Assembly: GCF_006345805.1 (NCBI RefSeq)
Contig: NC_043000.1
Coordinates: 27,218,001 to 27,282,000, forward strand
DNA: 64,000 nucleotides
Direction: 5' to 3'
DNA from: Octopus sinensis
Lineage: Eukaryota
Shown in pieces: positions 1 through 14,367 of the stretch. Each line of letters starts with the position of its first letter. The first letter of the stretch is position 1. A program made the position numbers and the translations under genes. The notes below the pieces were generated by a model, which was given only the letters and a program-made list of their open reading frames with translations, was not told the DNA's origin and searched no databases.

Positions 1-322
1 AGACTCGAGATGAGGAAAAAAGGTTCGTCATTTCTCTTAAAACAATTATGATTTCTGATGAACTAATGAATAATTATAAACTTATTCACTACCTATTTTG
101 AACACTTCTATGTAAACTGCTTAAACACAAAGCCTCTCAACATTTTCTTATTGTCAAAGACTCTATCACTCTATTTTAGTACACCAGTATTAACTCATTT
201 TTAACCCCACAAAGGTTACACAAAGCCTTATATTTTACTTTTGAAAATCCTTTTTTAAAAAAATGAAACCAGTGAAGTCAATAAACATCTTTAAAAGACT
301 TCTGCATTTTCAAATCCTCTTC

Positions 323-327
<5 letters not shown>
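1..327 (+). mobile_element. Diverged PLE pseudo-LTR-like fragment with degenerate U3-A8 hammerhead (235-279)
   Basis: 235-325 (tacttttgaaaatc...tgaaaccagtgaagtcaataaacatcttt...tgcattttcaaa) aligns by eye with 45336-45419 and ends directly in (TA)n. Confidence 0.55.
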
Positions 328-356
<29 letters not shown>

Positions 357-357
<1 letters not shown>

Positions 358-797
358 AAGAGGATATGTTAACCTCATAAAGTGATGGCTGCATCCAAGG
401 GAATACTGGTTCAAGACCTAGTGTTGTTGCGGAGTGAAATTCCCTTAAGCACATACTTCATATCCAGTTAAATGAAGAAAAGAAAATGGAGAGTTGAAAG
501 TTAACAAATATTTATTATAGTTGTTTCCATTAGTACTCACTAATTAAATTGCAAATGTGTGCAGAATTTCACCAGATAAAAAGCTATACCTTAAGATGTT
601 ATATACCGACCAATCTGTTCATACCGACAGATTCGAAATTATTTATTATTTTGATATGCTCATAACATATAGATGCAGATTTAAAGCACAAATTTGTAAT
701 TTAATTATAGAGTACTAATGGAAACGGCTGTAAGAAGTACAGATTACCAATTTGTTAATAATAAACAATTAACATTCAACTCTCCATTTTCTTCATT
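357..797 (-). mobile_element. Fold-back PLE-like cassette with degenerate hammerhead (511-580, minus)
   Basis: Inverted arms 471-504/769-797 and 516-562/686-732. Minus strand reads tttat-CTGGTGA...GAAA-caacta-TA-ataaa. Flanked by (TA)n and (TATC)n. Confidence 0.55.
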
Positions 798-836
798 ATC
801 TATCTATCTGTTTATCTCTCTCCCTCTCTCTCTCTC

Positions 837-837
<1 letters not shown>

Positions 838-901
<64 letters not shown>

Positions 902-919
902 CATATATATATACATCAT

Positions 920-992
<73 letters not shown>

Positions 993-1030
993 TTATGTAT
1001 TATATAGATATATATGTATATACATACAAG
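838..1030. repeat. (TA)n microsatellite
   Basis: Direct reading. Confidence 0.95.
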
Positions 1031-1537
1031 TATATATGTAGGAATGATTATATGTTCACGTGTGTGTGTTTATATGCCTTTCTCAGTATGTGTGCATATA
1101 AATGTATGTGTGTGTGTGCAGTGTCACTGAATTCTTACAAAGTTCACTTCGCAACGACAATGTTCCTCACACGGTTATCATCTTCTTTTGCTTCGCTTGC
1201 ATCGTTGCCATATGAGTGAGTCTGGATTAGTGGAAACCGAAGGGAAGCCCCTCGGGTGACTTGCAGGTGAAACACAGAATTACATTCACGTCACACTTAC
1301 AGTGACGTACTGATATTACCTGAGAATTAGGTTATGGGTAGACAGTGTGTGCAGACTTATGTTGTCACTTACACAGGTAATTCGGTTGAACTAACAACAG
1401 TATCCACATTGGCAATATTACCTGAGATTCCTCCATGAGCTTGTATAAGTGTGTGTTGTGTAAGAAGACAAGTAGAAAATAAAGAAAGAAAGCGGGAGAG
1501 ACAGAGCGACAGAGAAAAGAATGTTTTGTCTATAGTT

Positions 1538-1614
1538 TTATATATATATATATATATATAAATATAATATCTATATTATATATATATAATATCTGTGTAT
1601 TTATATATATATAG

Positions 1615-1645
<31 letters not shown>

Positions 1646-1685
1646 AATATATATATATATATATTATATAACTACATATCTATCT

Positions 1686-1759
<74 letters not shown>

Positions 1760-1789
1760 ATTCTATCTCTCTACCTCTCCATTTCTCAT

Positions 1790-1821
<32 letters not shown>

Positions 1822-1822
1822 G
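1538..1822. repeat. Compound (TA)n/(TATC)n microsatellite
   Basis: Direct reading. Confidence 0.95.
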
Positions 1823-2236
1823 TAATGTATCAATGGTTGAACAGAAAGAATAGGAGAACAGTCAGACGAAAACAGAAATGCATTTTTATATACACAAGCA
1901 CACACACACACACACATACGCACACACACACACACACATACGCACACACACACACACACACAAAAGCACACACTGACACACATACACACACATGATGAGA
2001 CGATATCATGTGAGTGTGATTAAGCGCGTTATGCGTGTGCTACATTTCATATATGCGTGTATGGTACGAGTTATCTCAGAGACCAACAATGTAAATAAAT
2101 GCCTGACGCAGCCCCACTGAGGGGACAGCTGCCTCTAGATATCATTTCGAAATTCTTATCTCTTCAAACACCTTAAGTAGCGGGTTCGAAATCGCAGCCA
2201 CAGAACAGAACAAGAAATATAAAAAAAAAATTCACT

Positions 2237-2241
2237 AATAT

Positions 2242-2292
<51 letters not shown>

Positions 2293-2317
2293 TATGTATG
2301 TATACATATATTATATA

Positions 2318-2353
<36 letters not shown>

Positions 2354-2372
2354 ACATATATATAATATATAT

Positions 2373-2433
<61 letters not shown>

Positions 2434-2590
2434 CATATATATACATATATATACATATATGCATATATATATATATATATATACATATATACATATATGG
2501 ATATATATACATATATATATGTATATATATATATGTTTATACATATATACATATATATGCGTGTGTGTGTATGTATATATATTTGTATTT
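2237..2590. repeat. Imperfect (TA)n microsatellite
   Basis: Direct reading. Confidence 0.95.
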
Positions 2591-3132
2591 ATATTTCTAC
2601 ACACAATGCCAGGGAGAGACAATGTGATCGGGGAACGGAGAGTCTATGTAGGCTGATGGGTGTACATAGGGGGGGGGGAGGCAGAGGGAATGAATAAATG
2701 AGTGAGTGTGAGGGATGGGGGCAATGTAAAAGCAGGCGAGAGTAGAAAAGTCAAATAAGACACACACCAGCATGCGCTCAGAGAACAAACTCAACAACGA
2801 ACGTAATAATTTGCATACGCTATCAGGAATAGATCTGCTCGTGGATGCACAACAACTAAAGCAAACACAGAATAACATAGATAAAGAAGAGACAGCCAGC
2901 CAGCCAGCCAGACAGACAGACAGACAGACAGATAGGCAAACATACAATACTCAGCCGCTATCACACGAACACAGATAGACAGACAAAGAGACAAACACAC
3001 ACGGACATGCACACGCGTGCACTCACATATGTGTGTGTGTGTGTGTGTAGTAAGAACAATGCGCTCACGATATATGTATAAACAGAAAAATACATATAGT
3101 AGTGTGGACGTAAACACAATTATACATACATT

Positions 3133-3174
<42 letters not shown>

Positions 3175-3364
3175 CGTGTATCTATGTATTTATGGATAAT
3201 GTAAATATATATATTTAAATATATTATTATATTATAAATTATATAAATATATATATATATATATATGTAAATATATATATATGTATAGACACGTGTGTTT
3301 GTGTGATTATGTGTGTATGCAAAAATATATATATACGCTCATTCATACATAAATATTTATGCTT

Positions 3365-3912
3365 TCTTTTCGTTTATTCATTTACTTGCTAAAGCATTTG
3401 ACTTTGGCCATGTTGGAGCAATGCTTTAAGTCTAAAAATATCGACCCCAGGACATATTCTTTGTAAGCCTAGTACTTATTCCATCTGTGTTTGGGGGGGG
3501 GGAGCGAGAGGGAGAGAGAAAGGAAGACACAACTGAGAGTGGATAGAACCAAACTCTGCAAGTTAATGCGAGTATCTACATGCAATATACACACAAATAT
3601 ATCGGTCACTTTTGTCGAACCGCTAGTTTAATAGCTTTAAGAGACATTAACACACAAACATCGAGGTGACGTAAACACACCATCATCGGTTGTCAAGCCG
3701 TGGCAGGGGGACAGACACACACACATACATAAGCATGTATATATATAAATATATATATATATATAGGCTGAGCTTCTTTCACTTTCCACCTACCAAATCC
3801 ACTAAAATGGCTTAGGTCTGCCCGAGGCTATGCTAGAAGGTGCCACGCAGCAGGTCTGAAGCCAGAACCATGTGGTTGGAAAGCAAGCATCTTACCACAC
3901 AGCCACGCCTGC
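3365..3912 (-). mobile_element. SINE family C (tRNA-like head, internal microsatellite), degenerate and interrupted
   Basis: Shares ttgact..ggccatgttggagca, tcgaccccaggac, taccaaatccact and cttaccacacagccac with the other family C copies. Confidence 0.8.
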
Positions 3913-3922
3913 ACCCATATAT

Positions 3923-3995
<73 letters not shown>

Positions 3996-4119
3996 ATTTA
4001 ATTCAGACGTCCTGGGGCATCGTCTCGACAGTCTTTCATATATACATACGGATATAGGAGTTTACACTCGTGCGAAATAACATTCCTAGTGTATACAACC
4101 ACATATGTTGTCATACCTA

Positions 4120-4531
4120 GCGATATCCCAATATGTGTGTGTGTATGTGTATTAAGATTATGTGTGTGTGTGCGTGTGTGCATGCATGCAACTGTGTGCG
4201 TGTTTGTATGTAAGAGCAGTAGCGCTTGTGTTGTACGTGGTGCGTGTTTATCTATCATCTATCATCTATCTATCTATCTATCTATCTATCATCTATCTAT
4301 CTATCTATCTATCTCTCCTCTTCTCTCTCTCTCTCTTATATATATATTATATATAATATATATATATATATTTCAACTATACACAAGCCGATACGCACGC
4401 ATATACATACACACGTATCTGCAGATAGATATATAATAAATGCAATGCGTGTTCGAGCGTGTGTGAGTGTTCGAACGTGTTGTGCGCACCGATGCACGTA
4501 CGTATATAAATATGTTTATTTACGTGTGTAT

Positions 4532-4562
<31 letters not shown>

Positions 4563-6090
4563 CGCGCGCGCGCAACAATCACACACATATATACGTACAT
4601 ACGTATATTTATATAAATTTGATATGTATGCATGTATAAATGTATGCATACATACACAAACATATTTATACAAAGCGTATCCACGTGTATGTGAATATAT
4701 ATATATATGTGTGTGTGTGAGTGTGTGAGTGTGTGTGTGTATGTGTATGTGTGTGTGTGCGTGTGTGTATGTGTGTGTGTATATACTTATACATATTTAC
4801 ATACACATATGTGTACAAAGCGTATTCATGTATTTGCATGTATATATATGCATACACAAAGGCACTCAGAGGCACACACGGTCACACACAGAAATTTATA
4901 TAGATCTCTCTCTCTATATATATACAGATATATGTGTATATTTCTACACAGACACACACACAGATACACAGGCACCTGTATAAAACGCATTGAAGCGCGT
5001 ATGTGTATGAACATCTTTAGTACACTTTATCTGTGTGTGTGTTCGTATGTGGATGTGTGTATGTGTGTACATACGTACGTTTCCTTCAATACGTAAACAT
5101 CAGAATTCATCACATTCACACGTGGTACCAAACACGTGGGCTTAACGCTTATAACCGTATACAGTTCTACGTACACACACACACATATTCAGACATACAC
5201 GTACATACACACAACGCAGAGAATCCAAAACGGGCGGCATGCACATGCATACACACACGCACATATACTGGGGCGCACATTCATACGCATACTACTCGCG
5301 CGCACATGCATACATATAAAATACACATGCACACACGCACACTAAATAGGTCATGTGTTTGCACAGCAACGCACATTGACAAAGCCATACAGTCGCACAG
5401 TCACACACGAACGTACAATGGCGTACGCATACTCTGGCTTTAGGTCTCCTACTTGCACTGCTATCGCTCGATTATTGATTGGGCTCTCAAGGGGACAAGA
5501 AAAGGGCCGTATGTCGTCGACAAGCGTTTCAGGAATTCGGTCGTATTTATAATATCGAAGTTTATTTTGGAAATTGGGGACAACGAATGAGAATGGGGAG
5601 AGTGGGGTGGGGTGGGGGGCGCGCAGGAAGGGAGATCGGGGGGGGTAGGAGAGAGAGAGAGAGAGAGAGAGAGAGTGAGATGGTGAGGAATAGATAAAGG
5701 TGAGGAGTATATAACAGAGGAGAAGAATGAAATATAGGACGATGTGCGCGTGTGCTTGTGTGTGTGTATGTGTGTGTGTGTGCGCGTGTGCCTGTGTGTG
5801 TGTGTTTGTGTGTGTGCGCGTGTCTGAGTTTTACACAACACACACACACATACACACACATATATACATACATATATATGTATGTACACAAGCATGCAGC
5901 GATTTACGCATATATATATATGTGTGTGTATGTATATTTGTATGTATATATATGCAGGTATAAATATATATGTGCATATATATGTATGTATAAATGTATG
6001 CATATTATATATATATAATATATGTATATATATATAGTGTGTACAGATATGTATATATAGCTATATATATGCATATATAATATATATATA

Positions 6091-6129
<39 letters not shown>

Positions 6130-6330
6130 ACATATATATATGTCAATATAATATATGTATATATAAATATATGTATATATACATAAATATATATATGTAT
6201 ATGTATATATACATATACATATATATATGCACACATACATACACACATATACCTACAAATATATGCATACCTATAAATATAGTGTGACTAGGAAGCAGAA
6301 AGAGAGATAGATAGATGCATAGATAGATGC

Positions 6331-6419
<89 letters not shown>

Positions 6420-6430
6420 CAGACAGAGAT
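4120..6430. repeat. Low-complexity block of (TG)n/(TA)n/(TATC)n/(GA)n microsatellites
   Basis: Direct reading. Source of many spurious ORFs. Confidence 0.9.
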
Positions 6431-6714
6431 GCAGAGAGAGCGAGAAGTGAGTGTGGGGAAAGAACGAGCGTCATTGCGTGTTGGCGTCTAGCTTGATGCA
6501 AAGCTGGGTTTAGCACTGCTTGTCGATAAAATCATAGCTAGATAGAAAGATAGAGAAGAAGACAAATGTACACAGCTCGGAATAGAAGCTAATAAATGAA
6601 CACACGGATTATGAATGCATAGAAAAAGTTTGCGAAACACGAAGGGAGATGCGATATGATCAATCGACCTGCTGGATATAGCAGCCAGCTCTCATTGGAA
6701 TCTCGATTAAAAGT

Positions 6715-6969
6715 TACTCTCTTTTACACTCTTTTTATTTTTTTGGTTATTTGACTGTGGCCATGCTAGAGCAACGGCTGTTAGTCGAGCAGATCGACCC
6801 CAGGACTTATTCTTTGTAAGCCAAGTATTTATTTATTGTGTCGGTTCTTTTTTGCCGAACCGCTAGGTTACGGGGGCGAAAGCACACCAGCATCGGTTGT
6901 GAAGCGATGTTGGTGGGGGACAAACATAGACACACAAACATATACACATACACATACATATATATATAT

Positions 6970-7016
<47 letters not shown>

Positions 7017-7185
7017 CATATATGCAACGGGCTTCTTTCAGTTTCCGTCTACCAAATCCACTCACAAGGCTTTGGTCGGTCCGTGGCTATAGTAGAAGAG
7101 ACGTGCCAGAAATACCACGCAGTGGGACTGAACCCGGAACAATGTGGTTTGTAAGCAAGCTTCTTACCACACAGCCACTCCTACA
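6715..7185 (-). mobile_element. SINE family C, full length
   Basis: Minus-strand head ggagtggctgtgtggtaag...ccgggttcagtccc (A/B-box-like). Body and tail match 39361-39852. Confidence 0.9.
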
Positions 7186-7403
7186 CCTATACACATGATA
7201 TCGGGAAAATTTCTGAAATATAATCCCACGGTAATAATTGCCGTCACCAAGGGTTTGTTCAGTCTTGGCTTAGGTGGGAATAAAGAACGACTTAAAAGAG
7301 TGATGTATGTAACAGAGTATATACACCTCCGGTCCAATCACTCTATCTTTGTCTATGCAGATGTGTGTGTGTGTGTATATATTTCTCTATATATATATAT
7401 TCA

Positions 7404-7498
<95 letters not shown>

Positions 7499-7659
7499 AT
7501 ATCTATCTATCTATGTATTCATAGATACACACACATACATATACATACATACATAGTCCTATACATGCATACATATACATAGATGTTCTTATTCTGTTGT
7601 GCGTTTGTGTATGAACATTATATATATAATATAATATATATATATATTATAATTCATTT

Positions 7660-7850
7660 ATTTTTTTGTATCAGTCATTGACTGCAGCCCTGGTGCGGTA
7701 CGACTTTAGTTCAACAATCAACACAGGACTTATCCTTGTAAGCCTATAATATATCGGTCACTTTTGTCGAACCGCTAGCTTCAATAGCTTTAAGAGACAT
7801 TAACACACAAACATCGGTTGTCAAGCGATGGTAGGGTGAGTCACACAAGC
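7660..7850 (-). mobile_element. SINE family C, 3-prime half
   Basis: cagtcattgactgcagcc, ggacttat..ttgtaagcct, catcggttgtcaagcgatg. Confidence 0.8.
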
Positions 7851-7965
7851 ATAAATACATACATATATATACTTATATATATTATATAAATATATTATAT
7901 ATATATATTATATATATATATATTATATATATAGATATATATATATATATATAAGTATATATATG

Positions 7966-8003
<38 letters not shown>

Positions 8004-8007
<4 letters not shown>

Positions 8008-8463
8008 TTATTTTATAGTAGGAGCTTCTACAGGACTAGAACTGTTTCATATAGAAGCTCCTTCTATAAAATAAATAAGCCGACAGTAAAAAAATGTGGA
8101 AGACCCAATTGCGGGATATGCGACTATCTAATTGAGGGATCAGAGTTCTTCTTCAAACAGGGACAACGGTTTACAGGGAAAAGCAACTTCACATGTGCTT
8201 CGGAGAACCTAATATACTCACTAACCTGCTCCGGGTGTCAAGAGCAGTACATAGGCCAAGCAAAAAATAGTTTGCGTAAACGAATGGCCCTGCACAGATC
8301 CCAGATAAAAATTCCCCAAAACAGAAAAATAGCTTTTAGCCAACACATAGATACTTGCGCCAACAAAAAAATACCAAGCTTCAGGATTTCCCCCCTCTAC
8401 CAATTTAGGGACGATACAACCTCGAGACAACGAATAAGAAAAGAAACTCTCTTTATTACTTAG
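8004..8463 (+). pseudogene. Penelope-like (probably Neptune clade) GIY-YIG endonuclease remnant with 5-prime fold-back
   Basis: Open frame 8077-8463: KPTVKKCGRPNCGICDYL...FTCASENLIYSLTCSGCQEQYIGQAKNSLRKRMALHRSQI...SQHID...RKETLFI. Shows LIY/YIG motifs, catalytic R and E, a CxxC..H..H zinc motif and a Cys-rich linker. 27-bp inverted repeat 8004-8030/8052-8078 abuts (TA)n. Confidence 0.9.
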
Positions 8464-10434
8464 CATACAGACTTTTCCGCGTCGATACATATATGTGTGT
8501 GTGTATACATCCATACATATATGTGACTCTATGTGTAGATGTATATTTGTGTGTATATTGCATGTAGATACTCGCATTAACTTGCAGAGTTTGGTTCTAT
8601 TCACTCTCAGTTATGTCTTCCTTTCTCTCTCCCTCTCGCTCTCTCTCTCCCCCAACACACACACTTCCTCTTACCTTGAAGAAGATATTGGTATAAGGAA
8701 GTAAAAATATAAGGAAAGACAGTGAGAGAGATAGAGAGAGGCAGAGAAATATCAAGACACAAGACAAGACCCAAAATGATATACGGAGTGAGTGTGTGCA
8801 TGTGAGAGGGAAGGAAAAAGTGATTGCGTGGGTGGGAAATTTAGAAGGAGGGGAAGAGAAAGGGTACCTGCAAGAGTAAAGGATCTTTCCTTACGTCTCC
8901 CAAAATTTGTATATTTCTTTGCAGTCTTTCTTTATTTCTAAAATGTCACTCCCGAACGAACGCCGAATAGAAAAAATTCCTTCTACGTACAAATAAACAC
9001 ACACACGCCTTCACAACTACACAAATATACCGTTTATTAGCATGTGTACATGTACATGTGTATTTGTCTGTGTGTGTGTGTATGCGTGTGTGGGTGTGTT
9101 AATATCCACCATTAACAAAGTGTTACTTGGAATATCCAGCAGACAGATCACCGTAAGATTGCTTACTGTTGTCACACACATTTCCAAGTATGAATCATCT
9201 TTCGAGCGGAATATAAGAATATCATTACAAGCACTGTCGAATGACCACCACGTCCTGGGCTTTATTCCAACTCAGACACTTGTTAACGAGGTTAATGTTT
9301 GGAGAGGCAGAGGGTTTGGAGAGAGCAGAACTTTGACATGAATCGAGATAAGACTTGTACAATATGTACAGCAGCATTTGTATGGGTTTCTTGTGACCTC
9401 CAAGCAAATTTCAGTTTAAGTTCAGGAATATATAGGTCTTCTGTGGCATATCGATATCAGTTGCTGGTAATAAAATTTTACGGCTGCCGTTACTGTGTTC
9501 CGTGGATACAGATTTATAAATTTTAAAGTTTTATACTTCTTTTACTTTTTATTCGGTATTTCACTTCCAAGAGATTTGATATGAACTCGAGTGTTGAAAC
9601 ATATTTTGTAATATCTCGAGAGAGTCATTAGGCCAATAATGAACGCACGAACTGGTTCTGTTTTTGTTCTTTGTTTTTATGCGTGTATTGGTTAACTATT
9701 CAACCTATAAACTAATCCTTTGTTGCAAAAAAGCATTCGGTCAGTCAGTAAATCAAATAAGTTTACTTAAGTCCTTTTGATGCCATTCGCAACCACATCA
9801 ATAATATGCAATCGCTGATCGAGGTAGACAGCTGGAATAAACTAGCTGAGAGAATCATTACCCGACCCATCGATTGTTTGATTGCTACTTGGTTAATTGG
9901 TTAACCAATTGGCAAGTAAAAATAAGGAACGAAATTGAACCAGGGTGTGTGATTATTATTTGCATAACGACCTTCGTAGGACACAGCAAGATCATTCGTT
10001 CTGTTCTCTGATATGTTCTCCTTTTATGTGAACCTTAAACAACATTCGCTGACAAAACTTAAGGTTCATTCGAATGTAAGAAAAATCGCCACATATTCTA
10101 AAGTAATGTAAAAATATATAAAATACGCATAAAGTCACTGCACATGTGTAGTAAATTATACTCGGTGTTAGATCTGTAATAGGTTAGAAAGCTTAGCAGT
10201 GGTAAAACCGTATGTAACTTTAAATGACCACAAAGCAAACTTACTGGTAGTTCCTAAAAGTATATTTATAAAATCTGCAGAAAATAAACTTGGGAGGATA
10301 TTAACATAATTGACATAATTAATAGAATTAAAATAAGTTTCATTACTATCTGTATGAAATCATACCTCGTCAATACTCGGTAGGTTTAATAATATAGGAA
10401 ACAAAAGAGAAGTTGTATAATCGCACCTCTATTA

Positions 10435-10533
10435 TGCTCAGTGGTTAGAGTGTCGAGCTTACGATCGTGACGTTGAGTTCGATTCCCGGACTGGGCTGCG
10501 TATTGTGTTCTTGAGCAAGACACTTTATTTCAC
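10435..10533 (+). mobile_element. SINE family B (tRNA head plus CORE-like domain), head only
   Basis: gctcagtggttagag...gagttcgattcccgg...gtgttcttgagcaagacactttatttcac. Confidence 0.85.
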
Positions 10534-10627
10534 TTTATATTGTTTATAATTTTCACATTAAAAGGTATTTTAATATGCTGGCCAACGATGGCATTTTTCT
10601 GGAAAAATTTTATCCCTATATTAGAAG

Positions 10628-10698
<71 letters not shown>

Positions 10699-10702
<4 letters not shown>

Positions 10703-11030
10703 TCAGTGGTTAGAGCGTGTACCTTACGATCGTGAGGTCGTGAGTTCAATTCTCAGACCAGGCTGCGTGTTGTGTTCTTGAGCAAGACACTTTATTTCAC
10801 GTTGCTCTAATTCACTCAGCTGTAGAAATGAATTGCGACACCACTGGTGCCAAGCTGCATCGGCCTTTGCCTCTCCCTCAGATAACATCAGTGGTGTGGT
10901 AGGTGAGGTTGGTATGCATGGGCAACTGCTGGCCTTCCATAAACAAGCATGCCCAGATTTGTGCATCGGAGGGTAACTTTCTAGGTGCAATCCCATGGTC
11001 ATGCATGGCCGAAGGGGGTCTCCTCCTCCT
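10699..11030 (+). mobile_element. SINE family B, long variant
   Basis: A box ggctcagtgg, B box gagttcaattc, CORE-like gtgttcttgagcaagacactt...cactcagctg. Confidence 0.85.
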
Positions 11031-11749
11031 CCTCCATTACAATAATCCATCCGAAACTTTTAGACATCGATATAAATCCGCAACAATAAGCAACACTTGT
11101 TATGGGCGCAGGTATAGCTCGGCCGTAAAAAGTTCGCTTTCCAAGAAACTGGATCCGAGTTCGATTCCGTTGCACGACATCTCATTACTTTAAAAAAGTT
11201 TGTAGTTCAAACGAGCCTCAGCAGGCTGATAATATCTACACTATAGCAATGTGACACGCAATAGCTTGGGCATGAAGAATGACACACGTGTCGTGTCAAT
11301 GCTCTATTATCCTTGTCTATTATAGGAATGAGTTGACTATTATCTGCTGAATAGTATTATCTAGACGGAAATTGCACTGACACCCATCACACTCGAACAG
11401 ACCCAATGCACACTCATTCACCCATACAAACACACACGCGTGCGCTGAGCATATGTGTCCATATATATATCTGTACATAAGCCTGTATGTGAGTGTGTGT
11501 GTGTGTATGCTTACATAAATGCCCATGAGTTTATATATCTTTCACCGATGTATATTAGAGAATGTTGTAAAGATTTGTACTGTAAAAAGGAAGACGTTTG
11601 CGATAATTTACTTTGTGAAACCGAGTTATTAATACTCTATTGTTACTTTGACTGCCATAAATGCAGTAAACACTTGGAAAACTGTAAGCAACGAAGTTCA
11701 TCGATCCCAAATGTATCTAAATATAATATAATATCATATATGTATATAG

Positions 11750-11812
<63 letters not shown>

Positions 11813-11834
11813 AATCACTTCCATTTTGTGCCAG

Positions 11835-11901
<67 letters not shown>

Positions 11902-13495
11902 TACAAATCGCGTCTCTTTTGTAAAGGCTCCTCAGTAAAAAGAAAGAATAAAGATATTCAAATACTTCAAGTCTACGGGATTAGCTATATTTAGACCTAA
12001 ATATATATATTGCCGGGTATTTATATCTCAGAAACTTTACGAAAGAAAATCAATTACCTCGATATAATCCGCAGAGAAACATCATGGCGATATTCCACAA
12101 TTTCTTGTAAAAAATATAATTCGCCATAGGAAAATTTAAAATTATCATTAACAGTGACTTGATATTAATGCTACGATATAACGTAATGAGTTTAATTTAA
12201 ACTTAATAAGTATACAATTTTAAAAGAAGATGGCATAATATATACTCGATATAAAGAATATAAGAAATAGCATTTGTTAATTAATTTCGACCGTAAATAA
12301 AAATATATATGTAAAGAAATGTAAACATGTGACTGGGAGGCACAATATACTAGTAATACCAAAAACTGCATTTATTTGAAAAGAATATTGAAACATCTGT
12401 GTTGAAAACCGCCTTTGGTATAGATATATTTTCTAACACACAGAAACTTTCTAATATTCATCAACAAATATTTTCCCACCAGTAACTACAAAGAAAAATC
12501 TGTGACCCTCCTGGATTTATCATGGAGAATCGCGGAAACCGCTCTGAAATTAACTCCATTACTTGAACGAGGAAGACAACTACGGAGAGTCTCGTCTCGA
12601 TTTTTTGTTTTTCTTTTCGGCATGCCGAATCTTGATTGAACCAGAAACCCAAAGCATTATAAGTATTGTTGGCTGGTATTGTTGTATAGACTGAAATTCT
12701 AAATAAAGAGTGGCAAACGAATACGCATAGTAAAACATAACTCATTTAAAACAATGTCACACTTTATAGCTAGTGTCGAAAAGGCGGCACACATATCGTG
12801 CCAATGCATCGTTGATCGTTGGTAAGGAAAAACATAGATTTGGTCCTCACATACACACACACACACATACACATACACAGAGCTTTAACTAAGACGTACT
12901 AACTACACAACCCTCTTCATATTCAGAAAATAAGCTCATCCCTCTGTAGCAATCTACTGTTTGGAGAAGAGTATCAGCAATAAGGCACCAGTCTCCCTTG
13001 AGAGGCAGCAGTCTTGTATAGAGCAGCACATTAGTAGGACGATTGTTTTATCTGGCTGTAAAATATAACAACCGTAGAAAACCTTTGGAGACGAGGCACA
13101 AAACAGAAGGCGAGAAAGTAATCAACCTCCACTATCAAAAGATCTAAAATGAAGAATTAAACCAAATGGAGCATGACGAAACCAAGATCCCATTGGAAAT
13201 ATCTATCGTTGTATTCCTCACAAATTAGTTAACAAGAAGATTTTTTACTTAAAATATGGCATATGTCTTCGTGATATTTTGCATTAACGGAAACTGAAAA
13301 CGTATTTTTGGCAAAGTTCCTCAACCAATTCCTAGTAAGATAATGACAGAGTCGTTAGAGCATTAAAGAAAATAGCTGGCCTTATTTGATCTGAATTTCT
13401 GTGGGTGAGTTCAGCCCTTGCGGACGTTGTGGTAAGATTTACGTTTCATCATTTTGAACAGTGTGTTTTGTGGTATAAATTCCTGCTAAATGTAA

Positions 13496-14367
13496 GGATC
13501 TTTTCAATTCTGAAGCCAGTTTTTTCAAATTTTTCCTACTAAACCAAACAATTTGAAACTTCGTATACTGGTAGAATGTGTCAAAAGTAAACTTAATTGT
13601 AAACCAAAATGAAAACGGAATTGTAACTTCTAAGTTTAACGTTGTTTAATAATTAGAATTTTAACCAATGATATTCCGTCATTCGGCTTTATTTTATTTA
13701 CTCCGTCTCGACCACCAATTTGGTGACGTATTAAACATCTTAAATGTAAACAAGCCGCATGTCTCCGTGAAATCTCCTTCTAATTATTTAACGTACTCAT
13801 GTTTCCAGGATCCTATAGTCAGCCACCTTCTAATAACAATATTTAAAACTAGTTAATAAGCCACATGTATTAAATTGAAAATGTTTCCATTCTGTTAGTA
13901 CTTGCTTTCGTTTGCTATTAAGAAGTGCTATTAAGAAGATTTCGTTTCTAAGCTAATGCGTTTCATTTCACTTATTGTATTTATTTGTGCAAAAGGCAAG
14001 AAATTTAATATTAAAAAAGCAAAGAGCTGGCAGAAACGTTAGCACGCCGGGCGAAATGCGTAGCCGTATTTCGTCTGCCGTTACGTTCTGTGTTTGTTTA
14101 CAGTTTTCCCGAACGTTAGTACGTCACAAAAGCGCTTTCTACGTCACGCTAATAGAATGCAGTCAAGTTTTACACATGAAAACAAACAATCTGATTGGTT
14201 AAAATTCGCAGTTTTAATCTACGATTAAAGTCATAAAATAGATTTTTCTCAAATAAACTAGTTCCAACCTGTGTCTTGTTTTGCTAGACTCTATCAGCAT
14301 ACGAAGTTTCAGAATATTTAGTTAAGTAGAAAGATCTGTGGGCCTGGCTTCAGAATTGAAAAGATCC
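13496..14367. mobile_element. MITE-like DNA element with 24-bp terminal inverted repeats (GGATC ends), containing a SINE A fragment (14022-14090)
   Basis: ggatcttttcaattctgaagccag (13496-13519) is the exact reverse complement of 14344-14367. Subterminal gaaacttcgtatactggtag motif is shared with the 49271-49695 MITE. Confidence 0.7.
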
